A stretch of 64,000 nucleotides of DNA. Source: Octopus vulgaris. Taxonomy: Eukaryota. The position numbers and the translations under genes were made by a program. The DNA is taken from assembly GCA_951406725.2 (NCBI GenBank), contig OX597816.1, positions 66,030,001-66,094,000 of the forward strand. Reading direction: 5' to 3'. Shown here piece by piece: positions 12,141-24,762 of this stretch (position 1 is the stretch's first letter; each line of letters opens with the position of its first letter). The notes below the pieces were generated by a model, which was not told the origin of the DNA, did not search any database, and saw only the letters and a list, made by a program, of their open reading frames with translations.

Positions 12141-12308
12141 GTGCTGCTCTTTTAGAAAGGATGGGTGGAAGCAGCATCAGCTCTCTGAGTAGCGCCATCA
12201 GTGCAGCACACCTCAATGAGGATTATTCTGAGATTATGGATGGCAGGTGCAAATCTCGCAGAGATCGTGGGGTTGGATCACCAACTACCAGACGGCGCAG
12301 TGGGACAG
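12141..12308 (+). CDS. RIMS: RIM exon F, symmetric phase 1-1, 168 nt (AALLERMGGSSISSLSS...SPTTRRRSGT)
   Basis: ctgcccag| acceptor, upstream ctaac branch-like site, AG|GTAGAT donor; GC-rich open frame in phase with exons E and G. Confidence 0.85.
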
Positions 12309-12397
12309 GTAGATTCTATTAGTACCAATGGACTTCTTTCTTTCTTCTCTCACCTTTGTTTTAATTTCTGCTTCAGTCAGATATATTTTAAGAGGCA

Positions 12398-12590
12398 GAA
12401 GTGGTAGAGCGTCAAACAAAATACCTTGTGATATTTTAATGACTCTTTACTTTCTAACTCCTCAGATATCAACTTTGCCTTTCGTCCTTCCAGGATTGAT
12501 AAAATAAGGTACCAGTCTTGTACTGGGGTTGGTTTAATTGATTATATCTACTCCTAAATTTTTTGCTTCTTGCATGTGTAAGAAATCAAT
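12398..12590 (+). mobile_element. Diverged SINE family D (Nin-domain-like)
   Basis: caactttgcctttcgtccttc...gataaaataaggtaccag...tactggggt; related copies at 21583 and 49620. Confidence 0.55.
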
Positions 12591-12638
12591 AATTAACTAT
12601 TAAATATATATTTTTTAATTTTCACAGTATTTGTGTAC

Positions 12639-12813
<175 letters not shown>

Positions 12814-15470
12814 GCCAAGGTTGAGAGAAAAGTTAAGAACATCCATAAAATTGCTCTTCACAAGAGTACTTATTCTCATTATAGTGTCTTTTACCTGAAA
12901 TTTTTTATTTATCTAGTTACACTGTCAATGTTTTCAGAAAAAACTTCCTAACCCTGTGTCACCTTGCTGTATTTCCTAATTTTATTTATTGCCTATTTAA
13001 TGTAAACATCTGTATTTTATTTTGTTTGGTTTTTAAATCCCACGTTTTTACATTTTCTTTGTATGTACTTATTTTCTTCCCATAAATTTCCTCCTTTTTA
13101 TGTTATTCAGGTTTTACAGTCAGGGTTTTTTCACAATTTTTTTTTTTTTTTTGTAGGTTTCTAAATTACTTTCTACTGGCAAAATTAATTTTAATTTTAT
13201 CAAATTTCCTTTGCATGCTTTATCATTTGCATTTACTCATTTAAAGCTTTTGATTAAAAATATTTTTATTATATATATGAGACAAAAATATTTGTCTTTT
13301 TTTTTTTCTCAGACTTAAAGGGTTGTTCCATAGTAACTTTTTTAATGTAGATTTCAATGCCACAAATTATTCCTTCATTTGTCCCAGAAAATTTTACTGT
13401 ATATATATCATAGTGATTTTTGAAAGCTAGAACATAGCTACAAATCTTTGAAAAGACACAGTCAACTTGATACCCACCCCTATCAACCAAGTCGTTATTT
13501 TAGCAGTCTAGAAACATTAATGACAAACAGCATTGATCTTGTCAGTAATAAAACTCAAAGTATAAGACGTGTACTTAAATACCTCATAGACAGATAATCA
13601 GCCAGGCAGATAGATCGATAGATATATCATAGTAAATACAAAGCAAAAAAAGGGTTAATTGAATAAATATTTCAAAGTAAAGTATTTTTCACAATATAAT
13701 TATTAAGGCTCAAATTTTAAAACTGTGTATTTGCATAATCATATATTCAACTGTAATGAATTGATACTATTCTAGAGAATACCAATTTTTTATTAAAATC
13801 AAATCTATCAGATAAAAACTATATATATTAAATGATTTCAACAAAACAAAATGTTAATTTACAATATTTTACTCTTTATTTAAGTACAGTCAGTTGTACT
13901 TAATTGCACAGCCTTGGTTATTAAAATTACTATGCAATAAAATGAATTCACATAGTTGGCAATAAATTATGATTTCACTATATCATCATTAATAAGGTTT
14001 ATACATGCATATAAATTATATAATAAAACAGGGATAGCACATTTTCATTGATTTTTCAGGGGTTTTTCTACTTACAGAGCATTTTGTGTAAAGATAATTG
14101 GCTAATGTTCCATTCAGTCCAGTCTCTATTTTTCATTATTGATATGTATAGCATGATAATTTGTTTGATTTATTCTTTTTGATAATTTTTAAAATTCTAT
14201 TTGATATTCTCCTATTACCCAAACTAAAACAGATTAATGTCTTGATAATGTCTGTCATATTATTTTCCTCAAGTCCAAACTGTCTATTTTATTGATATGT
14301 ATTGACAGGCCCAATCACTTATCTAATTTCCATTGAGGTTTTACAACTCCTTTTGATGTTCTTGAATTACCAAAGCTAACCAGATTCATACATCCTGATA
14401 ACAACCTTCATACACTTTGAATAACTCAATTAAAATTAGGATTATACAAGTTAAGAAAAACTTAATTGAGTTTGACAGGTTAAGAAATATTTCAGTTAGT
14501 TACAGGCTTTAATCAATAAAGAAAAGTGCAAAATAACTTTTAAGTTTTATCAACAACGAAAATTAATTAATTGAAGAAACTTATTACATTAAAATTACAT
14601 CAGAATCTGGACTTCAGATTCACTGAAATATTTACATAACAAAAATTGAATATATTTGATTCTTATGACATCGCTTGGTTATAAACCATGATGCCCCAAC
14701 TATTTTCAGTTTAACTCATTGAGAAAACGAAAACTCTTAGAGTTATTTCATTCATATATTAGCTCTTAAGGTTTTGTATAATGAAGTATCACATATGACT
14801 GCATCAGTCAGCCACTGCTGAAATGTATGATATCATACAAATTGTGCTAACCTTGTTTACATTCATGTTGAAACTCTAATATTACAGAAAAATCTCTAAC
14901 TCTTTCCTCTATCATTTATTTCTGTTCATTATAGTAATGAGTTTTGACAGGATGTTAAGCAATTAATCAAAGGTTCAATTACATTTTACCATCCTTTTAC
15001 ATAAAATCAGAGAAAAACCTATATTAATTAACTAAAATTGACTTTTACCATTCAATTTTTTTTTTACATAGACTTGATACTAAATGATGGTTCAGAGTTT
15101 TCAAAGGTTATTCAATTAATCAAGTTATGCAATTAAATGGAATTGACTGACTATATGTCATTGCTTTAAAAGCAGCTTGAAGTTGCATCTTCTTTATTTT
15201 TAGATTATTTTCATCATATTCCAGCAGTAATAAGTTACCAGCATCCTTTGAAATGTGCTCTTTTTATATTTCATCAATGAAATATCGTGTCATATTCATC
15301 ACTCACAACTTCTAACATTGAATATGCAGAAACTGAACCTTTTATGACATATTGCACCTAACAGGTTCTATTGCATCAACTCCTTGTAATTTTGAACAAT
15401 TTTTTTTATCCCAAAAATATTTATGACTAAATCCTGTTAATCATTCCCAACAGCTACCCCAACTCTTTCT

Positions 15471-15717
15471 TATATGGAGACATATAGCTTAGTGGTTAGG
15501 GTGTTGGACTCATGGTCATAATATTGTGGTTTCAATTCCTGGACTGGGTGATGCATTGTGTTCTTGAGCAAAGCACTTCATTTCACATTGCTCCAGTCCA
15601 TTCAGTTGGCAAAAATAGGTAGTCCTGTGACAGACTAGCGTTCCATCCAGGAGGGAATATATCCACCACAGAAACCCAGGAACTGGTTCTATTAGTCTAT
15701 ATTGACTCAGGAAGGAT
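15471..15717 (+). mobile_element. tRNA-derived SINE with Meta-like domain and 17 bp target-site duplication
   Basis: TSD ctaccccaactctttct at 15454-15470 and 15718-15734; tagcttagtgg A box; gactagcgttccatccagg core. Confidence 0.85.
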
Positions 15718-18668
15718 CTACCCCAACTCTTTCTCGATTAGATGGCAGTGATCATTATTTGTTTAATTTAGAGTCCTACAGAGATGCACTTCTGTTCTTC
15801 AGAAACAGAAAGGCATCTCTAAATTAACTAGACCTAAAGTTTTGTCTGATGCTCATTTTTGTCTAGGAAAATGTGACAGAAATGTGCTTTTTCTGTCACT
15901 TATTTGTCCTTATTTAATAGTTTTTGCAATAAATATCACCACAATATGTGATGATCTCTTCTTTTTGTAATCAACACAGATTACAATGTTTAGAATCAAT
16001 ATTCTATCAATTGATATGTCACCATAGTCTGGAAATAAGTTCTTATGCCATTTAAGGACATACAAAATGTTTATGTTGTTTTGGTGATATTTTGCATTTT
16101 TTATGCAAATATGTCACAATAAGTCAATCTTGTACAACTAGATTTAACGTAATTCCTACTTTCAACTACTTTTCTTTAGTATTCCTGAATTGAGGCTTCA
16201 AATTCATCAGATGTAAAAATCTCTGCCCATCAATACAGTCATACTACTTTTGTCACTTTTTATAAAATTACAATTAATTTAAATAGGATTTCCTAAGCCA
16301 AACTTGCGGCATCTTTTGCATGAAGTTGAATTTATATGATGAAATCATTTCAATTTTTTTTTTTTTTCTCACTTTAGAAAATAACCTCCAGAATTATGTT
16401 GCTTGAATAGCATCTTGAACTTCCTTTATGAGTCTTACAGAAATATTTCATTATTCCTTTCAAGATATTCCAGCCGATTTATTAAAACACACACCCACAC
16501 ACACACATATTACCATTTGTCGCAAGAAGCTGTTAATATTGTTTTCTTGCAGAGACAGAATATTTCGTTGATACTTTTTTCAGTGGTTAAGAAATGCAAA
16601 TGAAGTAAAATGCCTATTCCTAGAAATCAAAATTGAGTTGTAGATTCAGTTCACTGGAACTTTAGCTCAACTACCTTGTCCTTGCCAACATTAACTATAA
16701 ACATTATTGATATTTGTCTTTGACCGGGGTGTATTCTCATCTGAGCAGAAGCACTGCATGTCAGAGTGCCTGTTCAGACAGAAGCAGGATATCTTCATTT
16801 AAACCTAGTTATTCTTGTGCCTGCCGATGTGCTACAAATATGATCACCATTGACAAACAGCTAAACTAACAGTTCTCATTCCTCTTTTCATCTGACACAC
16901 ATCAGACCCACCCTGTTTTCTTTCTCGATTTCTTTTTCTCTATCTTTCTCTTTAGATCCCATTTATGTGACTGCATATATAACAAAGCGATCTGCAGAAC
17001 CTTCACACTCCTATTTTTCATCAATTTCCATTTGTTTCTTTACAGCTGTTTCTTTGCAATGCAATCTGCTACTCCTACTTTCTATATTCCCTACCAGAAA
17101 CCTTTCCCATCTTTCTCAGATCTCTTTTCATATCTTTCAAAATTGTTATACAACCTACCATTAGAATCTTCCACTTCTGCAACCTTACTTCACTCTAGAT
17201 GTCATATTTTTCTCTCTACCTTCTAGCACTACCTTTATATTCAGCCTAAGAATCCCAATTCTATGTTAATCACCATCCTGACTGCACCTCCATAAACTGC
17301 ATCTGTTAGCAATTTAGCATGTAAATCTAACGTTAACTCCATTTAAATGGAGTGCAGTGTAAATTATCATTTCAGTGAACATCTTGAAGTCATGAACATT
17401 GCTTGGGAGCTCTCTAAGCCAGTGAACCAGCTCTTCATTTTGTCAATTTGTCAGACTAATTCAACAACCACAGTTCAGTTTGTGATATCATCTTATTTTA
17501 TTAATATTAATCTACCTACACAGGAAAAATCTTTTCACCTGTACTCTTTACTTTTCTTCACCTGTCAGAATCAATAAACTCATTTGTCTTCTCTTTAATA
17601 TCACCCTCTTACTCCCATTTTTTCTCTTGTTCTTTTCTTTAGTATCTCATTTTCACCTTTACATCTTAATTTTAAAGTTTTCTTACTTTGGCACTTTCAT
17701 TTTATCTCTACTTTGTCTGATCTAACTTTCCTTTCATATTTTACTATTTTTATCATGCCTCATTTTATATGCCTCTTATGACTAGATGTTGATCTCTCAT
17801 CCATTTCATGCATCATCTCTTCCTACCTCTCTCATCATTCCCCAGTTTCAACCACCTCTCTCGATATATATTTTTCTTTTCTCCTCCTCCCTGTCATCAT
17901 TCATAATTCCCCTCAACTATATTACTTCTTTATAAAGATTCCCTTTTCTCATTCTCCAAAAAGAATTAAAATTCTTTTCTCTTTACAAAACACAAACTTA
18001 CCCATTTTTATTAACTTTACAGTACTGATTATACCCATGTAGATAATCTCCAGCAACATCAAGTTTTAGTGTTTATAAGTATTTCATTCTGACTAACTTG
18101 CACGGAACAATAAAAGTATGGGATTTTTTCAAGAAATCAGCTATATGTTTGTCCCCTTTCATGGATAAAAGTAGATCAAATGGAAAAATTAAAGAACTTG
18201 TAGAGAAATATTTAATTCAATAAAATAAATACTTATAACTTTTACTTTAAATTAGGTCTGAAGAATACGAACTGGCCAGTCTTTGCTCCCAGAAAGTTTG
18301 TTACTGTTTAACTTTATTTTTCTTTTTTAAGATTTTGGGGGTACTGACGGAAATATAAAACAAAAATTATTGTTATTATTTATAATGTTTTCCTTCAGCA
18401 ACGAATATTTATCAATACATTTATTTTGTTCTTAAAAGAGCCAAACCAATTAGAGAACTGAAAATTGTATTTGTTTTATTTCATTGTAGTGTTTGTTGTT
18501 CTATCAAGCTGTTATTGTATTATTTGTGCATGCTTGCATGGATTATTTGTGCATTTAATTGTAATTTCCTTCAAATTCACCCATGTGTCTTAAATTAATC
18601 AACTTCTGCTAATTACTTTGACTATACCACCTGAATATAACTGATTTTTCATCGTTATATTTATATAG

Positions 18669-18873
18669 TTATTGCCAGAGATGAACTTGATGATCACCGC
18701 AAACATAGCCATCCTGAAGGGGGATCCCTTGTTGTTCCTGAGAAAGGAACACGACAGAGATCTCGGTCACCGGTTGAAGATATGAATCATGGATCCTCTC
18801 GGACTACTCGATCTCCAGCCCGTCACCAAGTGCCTGAGACATTGTCAAGGTCATTATCTCCCCATAGTTCCAG
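18669..18873 (+). CDS. RIMS: RIM exon G (IARDELDDHRKHSHPEGGSLVVPEKGTRQRSRSP...SRSLSPHSS)
   Basis: tttatatag| gives phase 1 and AG|GTTTGT gives phase 2; CpG-rich open frame bridging exons F and H; exact acceptor less certain. Confidence 0.85.
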
Positions 18874-19288
18874 GTTTGTTTGTGGCAACACATAAAAAAC
18901 AAATGGATAAGCTTTTAAATATATCTTACCTTGATAAGTTAATATCTATACATATATGACTTCCATTGCTGAGCTAAACTCTTTTAAAAATATTTCAAAC
19001 TTTTCTAAATGATAAAAATCTAGATAGAACTATTTCTTTATTTTATAACTTTAGATATGTAAAAAAAAATAGTTTTGTTTTGCAGTTCTAGTTAATAGCT
19101 TATCTCAATATAAAAATTTACTGCTAATTTAATGATCACTTATCATTTCTTTATTAACTTCTTAATTAGACATTTGATTATTTTTCATTTCTCTAAAATA
19201 CATTTTAAAACCTTAATATGGAGATCTTTTATTTCCTATTGCATAAATTACATTTTGCAATAATAAATGGCTCTAACTTGCTCCATAG

Positions 19289-19431
19289 ACAAAATCGTGG
19301 TATGTCCCCTATACGAGTGCTACCTACCACATCACGGTCTGCTGGAGGCACACCTTCAAGTACACCCTCTCCAAAGAAACGACAGTTACCTTCAATACCA
19401 ATTGAAGCACAGATTGCCAGTAGAGATCGAG
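19289..19431 (+). CDS. RIMS: RIM exon H with the RIM-BP SH3-binding motif (GTPSSTPSPKKRQLPSIP)
   Basis: ctccatag| acceptor and G|GTGAGT donor; RQLPSIP corresponds to RIM RQLPQ[LV]P. Confidence 0.95.
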
Positions 19432-19896
19432 GTGAGTACATAACACAAGTTATATTTTGAATATACAATGTTTATAGTTTCTTAAGCTTTTTTTCGTATT
19501 CTCTCTCAATCATAGTGAATGGCATTGTTCACTTGCAAGCTCTTTTACTGAGCATCATACAACTAACTGCATGCTTTCTAACCTTGTATTTGAGTTAGAG
19601 GATTATTTAGTATGCATGCAGATAAATCCATCACATTTGCTACATAATTTGCTTTCAATTCAGCATAATAAAACCTCTCTCAAACATATTTCTTCAACCC
19701 CTATCACTCTCAATATAATGTGTACAGGTTATCAAGTAGACGTTTTGCAATCGTTCAGCCCAACAAAATAACTAAACCTTACCATGTGCCTGCTATCAGC
19801 TTCATATAGTGCATTTCTTAGCTGGCCCTTATTTTCATGAAGCTCCTCAAAACTTTCTCTTTCTACAGATACCCATCCCAACTTTTAGAAACACAT

Positions 19897-20311
19897 GAGC
19901 GTGATTGTTGCCAGAGCAACAAGCTGGCCTCCGTGCCGATGACACATAAAAAACACCATCCAAGCATGATCATTACCTGTGTAGGCTTACTGGCACTTGT
20001 GCTGGTGGTACATGAAAAAACATTCAAGCGAGGTCATTGCCAGTGCCGCTGGACTGGCTCCTGTGCAGGTGGCACATAAAAAGCACCATTTGAGTGTGGC
20101 CATTGCCAGTACCGCCTGATTGGCCCTCGTGCCGGTGGCACGTAAAAATACCCACTACATTCTCGGAGTGGTTGGTGTTAGGAAGGGCATCCAGCTGTAG
20201 AAACTCTGCCAGATCAAGATTGGAGTCTGGTGCAGCCATCTGGTTCGCCAGACCTTAGTCAAATCGTCCGACCCATGCTAGCATGGAAAGCGGACGTTAA
20301 ACGATGACGAC

Positions 20312-20368
<57 letters not shown>

Positions 20369-20390
20369 GACGATGATGACGACGACGGCG
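19897..20390 (+). mobile_element. Retroposon family B copy with four diverged ~60 bp units and a long (GAT)n tail
   Basis: Reverse complement of the 3028 and 35761 copies; tail at 20303-20390. Confidence 0.85.
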
Positions 20391-21127
20391 ACAGCCTCTC
20401 AAATCTCTTAATCAATAGAAATAGTCGTAAGCAACCAATGCCTTTCCTCATTGTTGATCACTAATATGGCTTTTGTAGAGGTGCGTCTGCCAGAAGGTTA
20501 CTATTTGACATTCCACACCTGTAGCTTTCCTTCTTGAGATGTGTGACAATGCAATATCATTGCCCTTGATGATAGTAAAGATTTCAACCATGTCTTGTAC
20601 AAGAACCTTTTAGTAAAGTGATTCCTTTATCTCTTGGATCAAATGCTTCCTGTCACATTTTACCATCAAAACCATCAATAAACTCTCTCTAAATTACATA
20701 ATTTATAATCTAAATGTCTCAAGCTTCAGCTATGTAATCCACATTGTCTCTTCAGTATCATTTTTCCTTGCAGAAATTAAATTTGTATCCTCTCCAAACT
20801 AACCTTTTCTCATATACTTTCTGCCCACCCACCCACCTCTCTCTCTTTCTCTCTCTCCTTCCCCTACTTTCATGATTTGATCTACCAGCTATAGATATGT
20901 AAAACCTCTTTTGGTTTTTACCTATCAGTGTAATAGTAATTTCATGTTACCTAAAATTTTGTCATTCCATCGTTTGTATAACAATAAAAATTTTTTAAAT
21001 AGCAATATTGTAGCAAATGTTTTTAAAGAAATTAAAATTTGTTGATTTTTTTTTTTAGATTTTTGAAGCTTTTAAATGTATAAAATCTAGTATGTTTCTT
21101 AGTTATATTTCTTTCATTTATTTTTAG

Positions 21128-21364
21128 TAACACAAGATTTAGAGGAACGTGCTAGACAAATGAAACTAAAAATGAAAATAAATGCTCAACATAGGCATGG
21201 AACTGCCAATCACGGTGCTCCATCTTCAGATAGTGAAATTGCACATCATCATCATCGTAGTCGGTTGCGGGATGGAGATTACAGACATGATCGTTACGAC
21301 ATTCATGGTTATCATAGCCGTGGCCGAGATTTAGAAAGAGGACACAGATCTAGGAGAAGAAAAG
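21128..21364 (+). CDS. RIMS: RIM exon I, symmetric phase 1-1, 237 nt (TQDLEERARQMKLKM...HHHHRSR...RSRRRK)
   Basis: tttttag| acceptor and AG|GTGAGA donor; EERARQMK matches RIM EERxRQMK. Confidence 0.93.
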
Positions 21365-21432
21365 GTGAGACCTGATTGTTTTTGTATTTAAAACAGCTTT
21401 CTAAATAAGAAGGGTCAAAGTATTTATTTGAT

Positions 21433-21553
21433 ACATTATTTACATTTAACAGATATTTGCCCTCATCTTGTTTGTTGTTAACACGTTTTGACTGATATAC
21501 CCATCAAATGTAAATAATGTACATAATTCCTCATCTCTTAAATATAGAACTGT
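21433..21553. mobile_element. Internally deleted copy of the 1-450 palindromic element
   Basis: Shares ccatcaaatgtaaataatgtacataattcctcatctcttaaatatagaac with 403-451 and carries the inverted left end. Confidence 0.75.
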
Positions 21554-21582
21554 AATTATTTGATCTTCACTTTAGCTTAATT

Positions 21583-21781
21583 TGGCAGAATCGTTAGCAT
21601 GCCAGACAAAATGCTTGGCAGCATGTCATTCATCTTCATGTTCTGAGTTCAAATTCCACCAAGGTCAACTTTACCTTTCATCCTTGTGGGGTTGTTAAAA
21701 TAAATATCAATGGAACGCTGGGGCATTGTATTCAACTTGCCCTCCCCTAAAATTAGTGGCTTTGTGCCAAAATTTGAAACT
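21583..21781 (+). mobile_element. SINE family D copy
   Basis: ggcagaatcgttagc...gagttcaaattcc...cctttcatcc...gtgccaaaatttgaaac; inverse of 49620-49812. Confidence 0.7.
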
Positions 21782-22214
21782 ATTATTAGTTTATTTGTCA
21801 GAGATTTTTCATCACACATTCTGTGACCTCTTCAAGTAGGACAAGAAGAGTTACATGGGACAGAGAATCACAGGAGAGATCTCAGAATCTGTGACAAAAG
21901 AACAATTACAAATAAACTAATAATAATAATAATGATAAATGGTAATGGTTTTTTGCCACTATAACATGGCTGCTCCATAAAGAACCATGTTACTACATTT
22001 TAACCCCAGGAAAACATATTTTCCAGCTGCTTAAAATATACAACCTGTGTCCAGTATATTGTAAAGTATTTTAGAACTAGCTAATAATAATAAAGCTAAA
22101 GTGAATGGTAAAAGTACTTTTAATAAATCATCTGAGAATTAGATTTTATTTTTGAATAACTGTTGGCAAAAAATAGGGCAATTTCAACCATTACAGATTA
22201 GGGTACGAAGACCA

Positions 22215-22415
22215 GTGCACAAGAAAACCCCTACATGATCACTTGACCTGCATGAAATAGCAGCCAAATCTACCTCACATAACACACTGCTGTCTTGAAA
22301 AAGGAGAATATATTGAATAATGTAAACTCCAATATTGAAACAGACAGGATCGTCATGATTGGAATGCTTTTCATCATAGGTCTATTTGATCAGCATTGAC
22401 CTGAGGCTAAACATA
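22215..22415 (+). repeat. Interspersed repeat family E, unclassified; also ~36780-36985, 37230-37590, 41580-41780(-) and 53085-53300(-)
   Basis: Shared aaatagcagccaaatct...ggaatgc(c/t)tt(t)gatcatag motifs. Confidence 0.55.
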
Positions 22416-23020
22416 AACAATTAAGGAGGTTTTATAGCTAATTCTAAATGGTAAGCCTTTTAGAACTTAACAAAATAAATAAAAAGATATTATCCAGCTG
22501 AGATATTGGTAATGATGTTGGTTATCATTTTACAAATAAAAGCAGTGTGTGCAGGAAGAAAATATATATAGTTATGTTTGCATAACCTTCTCTGTTAGAC
22601 ATACCTAAATAGTCAAATTATTATGTTTAGGTGTGAATAAACTGTTAGGTTTCAAAACAGACACTAAACAGGTGTATGTTCACTAGCTACGAGATCAAAT
22701 AAAGACAAACATTCCATTTAGGACCTTCATCATGGAAGATATGTTGGTTATAAAACTACAGTAATTCATCTATTAAACTTAATCTTCTTGAATCTAATCT
22801 ATTTTATCTGAGATTTTTTCCTACAGTTATTGTTCTCTACTGCATCTTAGCTTTTTATGTGTTGTTTATAAAGTTATTGTGTCATTAGAAAAGTGCATTT
22901 GTAATACAGTATAACCATAAGCAGTGATGTTGTTTGCTAATGTGATAGCCTTTGTTACCTATCAAGTCATTTTGAAAAGCAAAATTCTACTTTGTATTTT
23001 TGTATCTTTCTATAATGCAG

Positions 23021-23153
23021 AATTCAGTCCTGATGTGTCTGATGACAATCTGCCCAGTGATGCTTCAGAAACTAGTGATATGTCGGAGGTGTCAAAAGTC
23101 AGCACCATCAGTATGCGATCAACACAATCTGAACGACCTCATAGGAAATTTAG
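23021..23153 (+). CDS. RIMS: RIM exon J (FSPDVSDDNLPSDASETSDMSEVSKVSTISMRSTQSERPHRKF)
   Basis: aatgcag| acceptor and AG|GTAAGT donor; SxQSERP matches RIM SVQSERP. Confidence 0.95.
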
Positions 23154-23737
23154 GTAAGTGTTTAAAATAGGGAACTATTGGTCAATGAAATAACACTTCA
23201 AATTCTGATGCGAGCATTACTATGTATATCAGTTTACTTGACTGAAATGCCTTCCGTTCTCTCCATTCAATCTTTCAGTTATGTTAGGTGGAATTAATAA
23301 TTGCAGTTGCATTTTGTTTTTTAGGTGAAAACATTCATAGCTGGAGCATAAATACATTTGGATGATGTTAGCATGGATACTGTTAAGTTTGAATTTTTGG
23401 TGACTAGTGGCTGGGGAGTAGAGAAACATTGACTCTAAGGGATTTCTGAAGAAGAGCAGTGGGAAGTGGGTTTAGTATAGAGTTGATCAGGAGGAATAAT
23501 ACAAAGTGAGCATGGTGGGAAGTCCGTGCATGTAGGAAGGAGCAATATTCATTAAGTTTGGAGTAACAAAGGCCATTTAGTAACACTGTCAACTCTGGTT
23601 GGGGATAAAGCAATGTAAGTGCTTAATAATAACATTACACTTTTATTTGTTCCAACCACTGGCTGGAACAATTACAAACATCACCATACTGAATGTTTAA
23701 ATATGTGTATGTGTATGTATATATATATATATATATA

Positions 23738-24146
23738 TACTCTTTTACTTGTTTCAGTCATTTGACTGTGGCCATGCTGGAGCACCGCCTTTAGTCAAGC
23801 AAATTGACCCCGGGACTTATTCTTTGTAAGCCTAGTACTTATTTTATCGGTCTCTTTTGCCAAACCACTAAGTTACGGGGATGTAAACACACCAGCATCA
23901 GTTGTCAAGTGATGTTGAGGGGATGAACCCAGACACACAAACATATACACGCACATACATATATATGTATATACATATATACGACGGGCTTCTTTCAGTT
24001 TCCGTCTACCGAAATCCACTCACAAGGCTTTGGTCAGCCCAAGGCTATAGTAGAAGACACTTTCCCAAGGTGCCATGCAGTGGGACTGAACCCAGAACCA
24101 TGTAGTTGGTAAGCAAGCTACTTATCACACAGCCACTCCTGCACTT
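23738..24146 (-). mobile_element. SINE family A, full length
   Basis: Highly similar to 2024-2503. Confidence 0.88.
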
Positions 24147-24245
24147 ATATATACAAGAAAAAAAAACACCTGCTTCTTCAGATTCTTTTCCTTATATTTT
24201 TACTTGTGCAGTAACTCCCAACTTTACTTTGTTATATATATATAT

Positions 24246-24392
24246 TGTCCGTTTAATTGGAAAATTCTTTATGTGGCTGAAGATTGCTCGACATTTTAAA
24301 ACTGATGTAATACTTACAGTGTTTAATAAAATGAAGTAGCATGAAACAATTGTACTACTCTACCTTGGATATCCTTGTTGCTTATTTTGATT
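24246..24392 (+). mobile_element. Short repeat with a hammerhead-like motif, possibly a Penelope pLTR relic; second copy at 38083-38203(-)
   Basis: ggctgaagattgctcgacattttaaaactgatgtaat...agcatgaaac is present in both copies, and both abut (TA)n. Confidence 0.6.
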
Positions 24393-24410
24393 ATATATAT
24401 ATATATATAT

Positions 24411-24762
24411 GAGCTTACTTCCCAACCACATGGTTCCAGGTTCAATCCCACTGTGTAGCACCTTGGGCAAGTGTCTTCTCAGGCCGACCAAAGCCTTGTC
24501 AATGGATTTGGTAGACAGAAACTGAAAGAAGCCTGTTGTATATATGTATGTATATATGTTTGTGTGTCTGTGTTTGTCCCTCACCACCACTCGACAACTG
24601 ATGTTGGTGTGTTTACATCGCTGTAACTTAGCAGTTCGGCAAAAGAGATCAATAGAATAAGTACTAGGCTTTACAAAGAATAAGTCTTGGGTTGATTTGT
24701 TCGACTAAAAGTGGTGCTCCAGCATGGCCACAGTCAAATGACTGAAACCAATAAAAGAATAA
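24411..24762 (+). mobile_element. SINE family A, slightly 5'-truncated, inverted relative to 23738-24146
   Basis: ccacatggttccaggttcaatccc...ccttgggcaagtgtcttct...ggtgctccagcatggccacagtcaaatgactgaaac. Confidence 0.88.

Noticed and set aside
20380-20700. Possible jockey or CR1 RT relic (ALDDSKDFNHV)
   Set aside because: Too degenerate to classify by eye.
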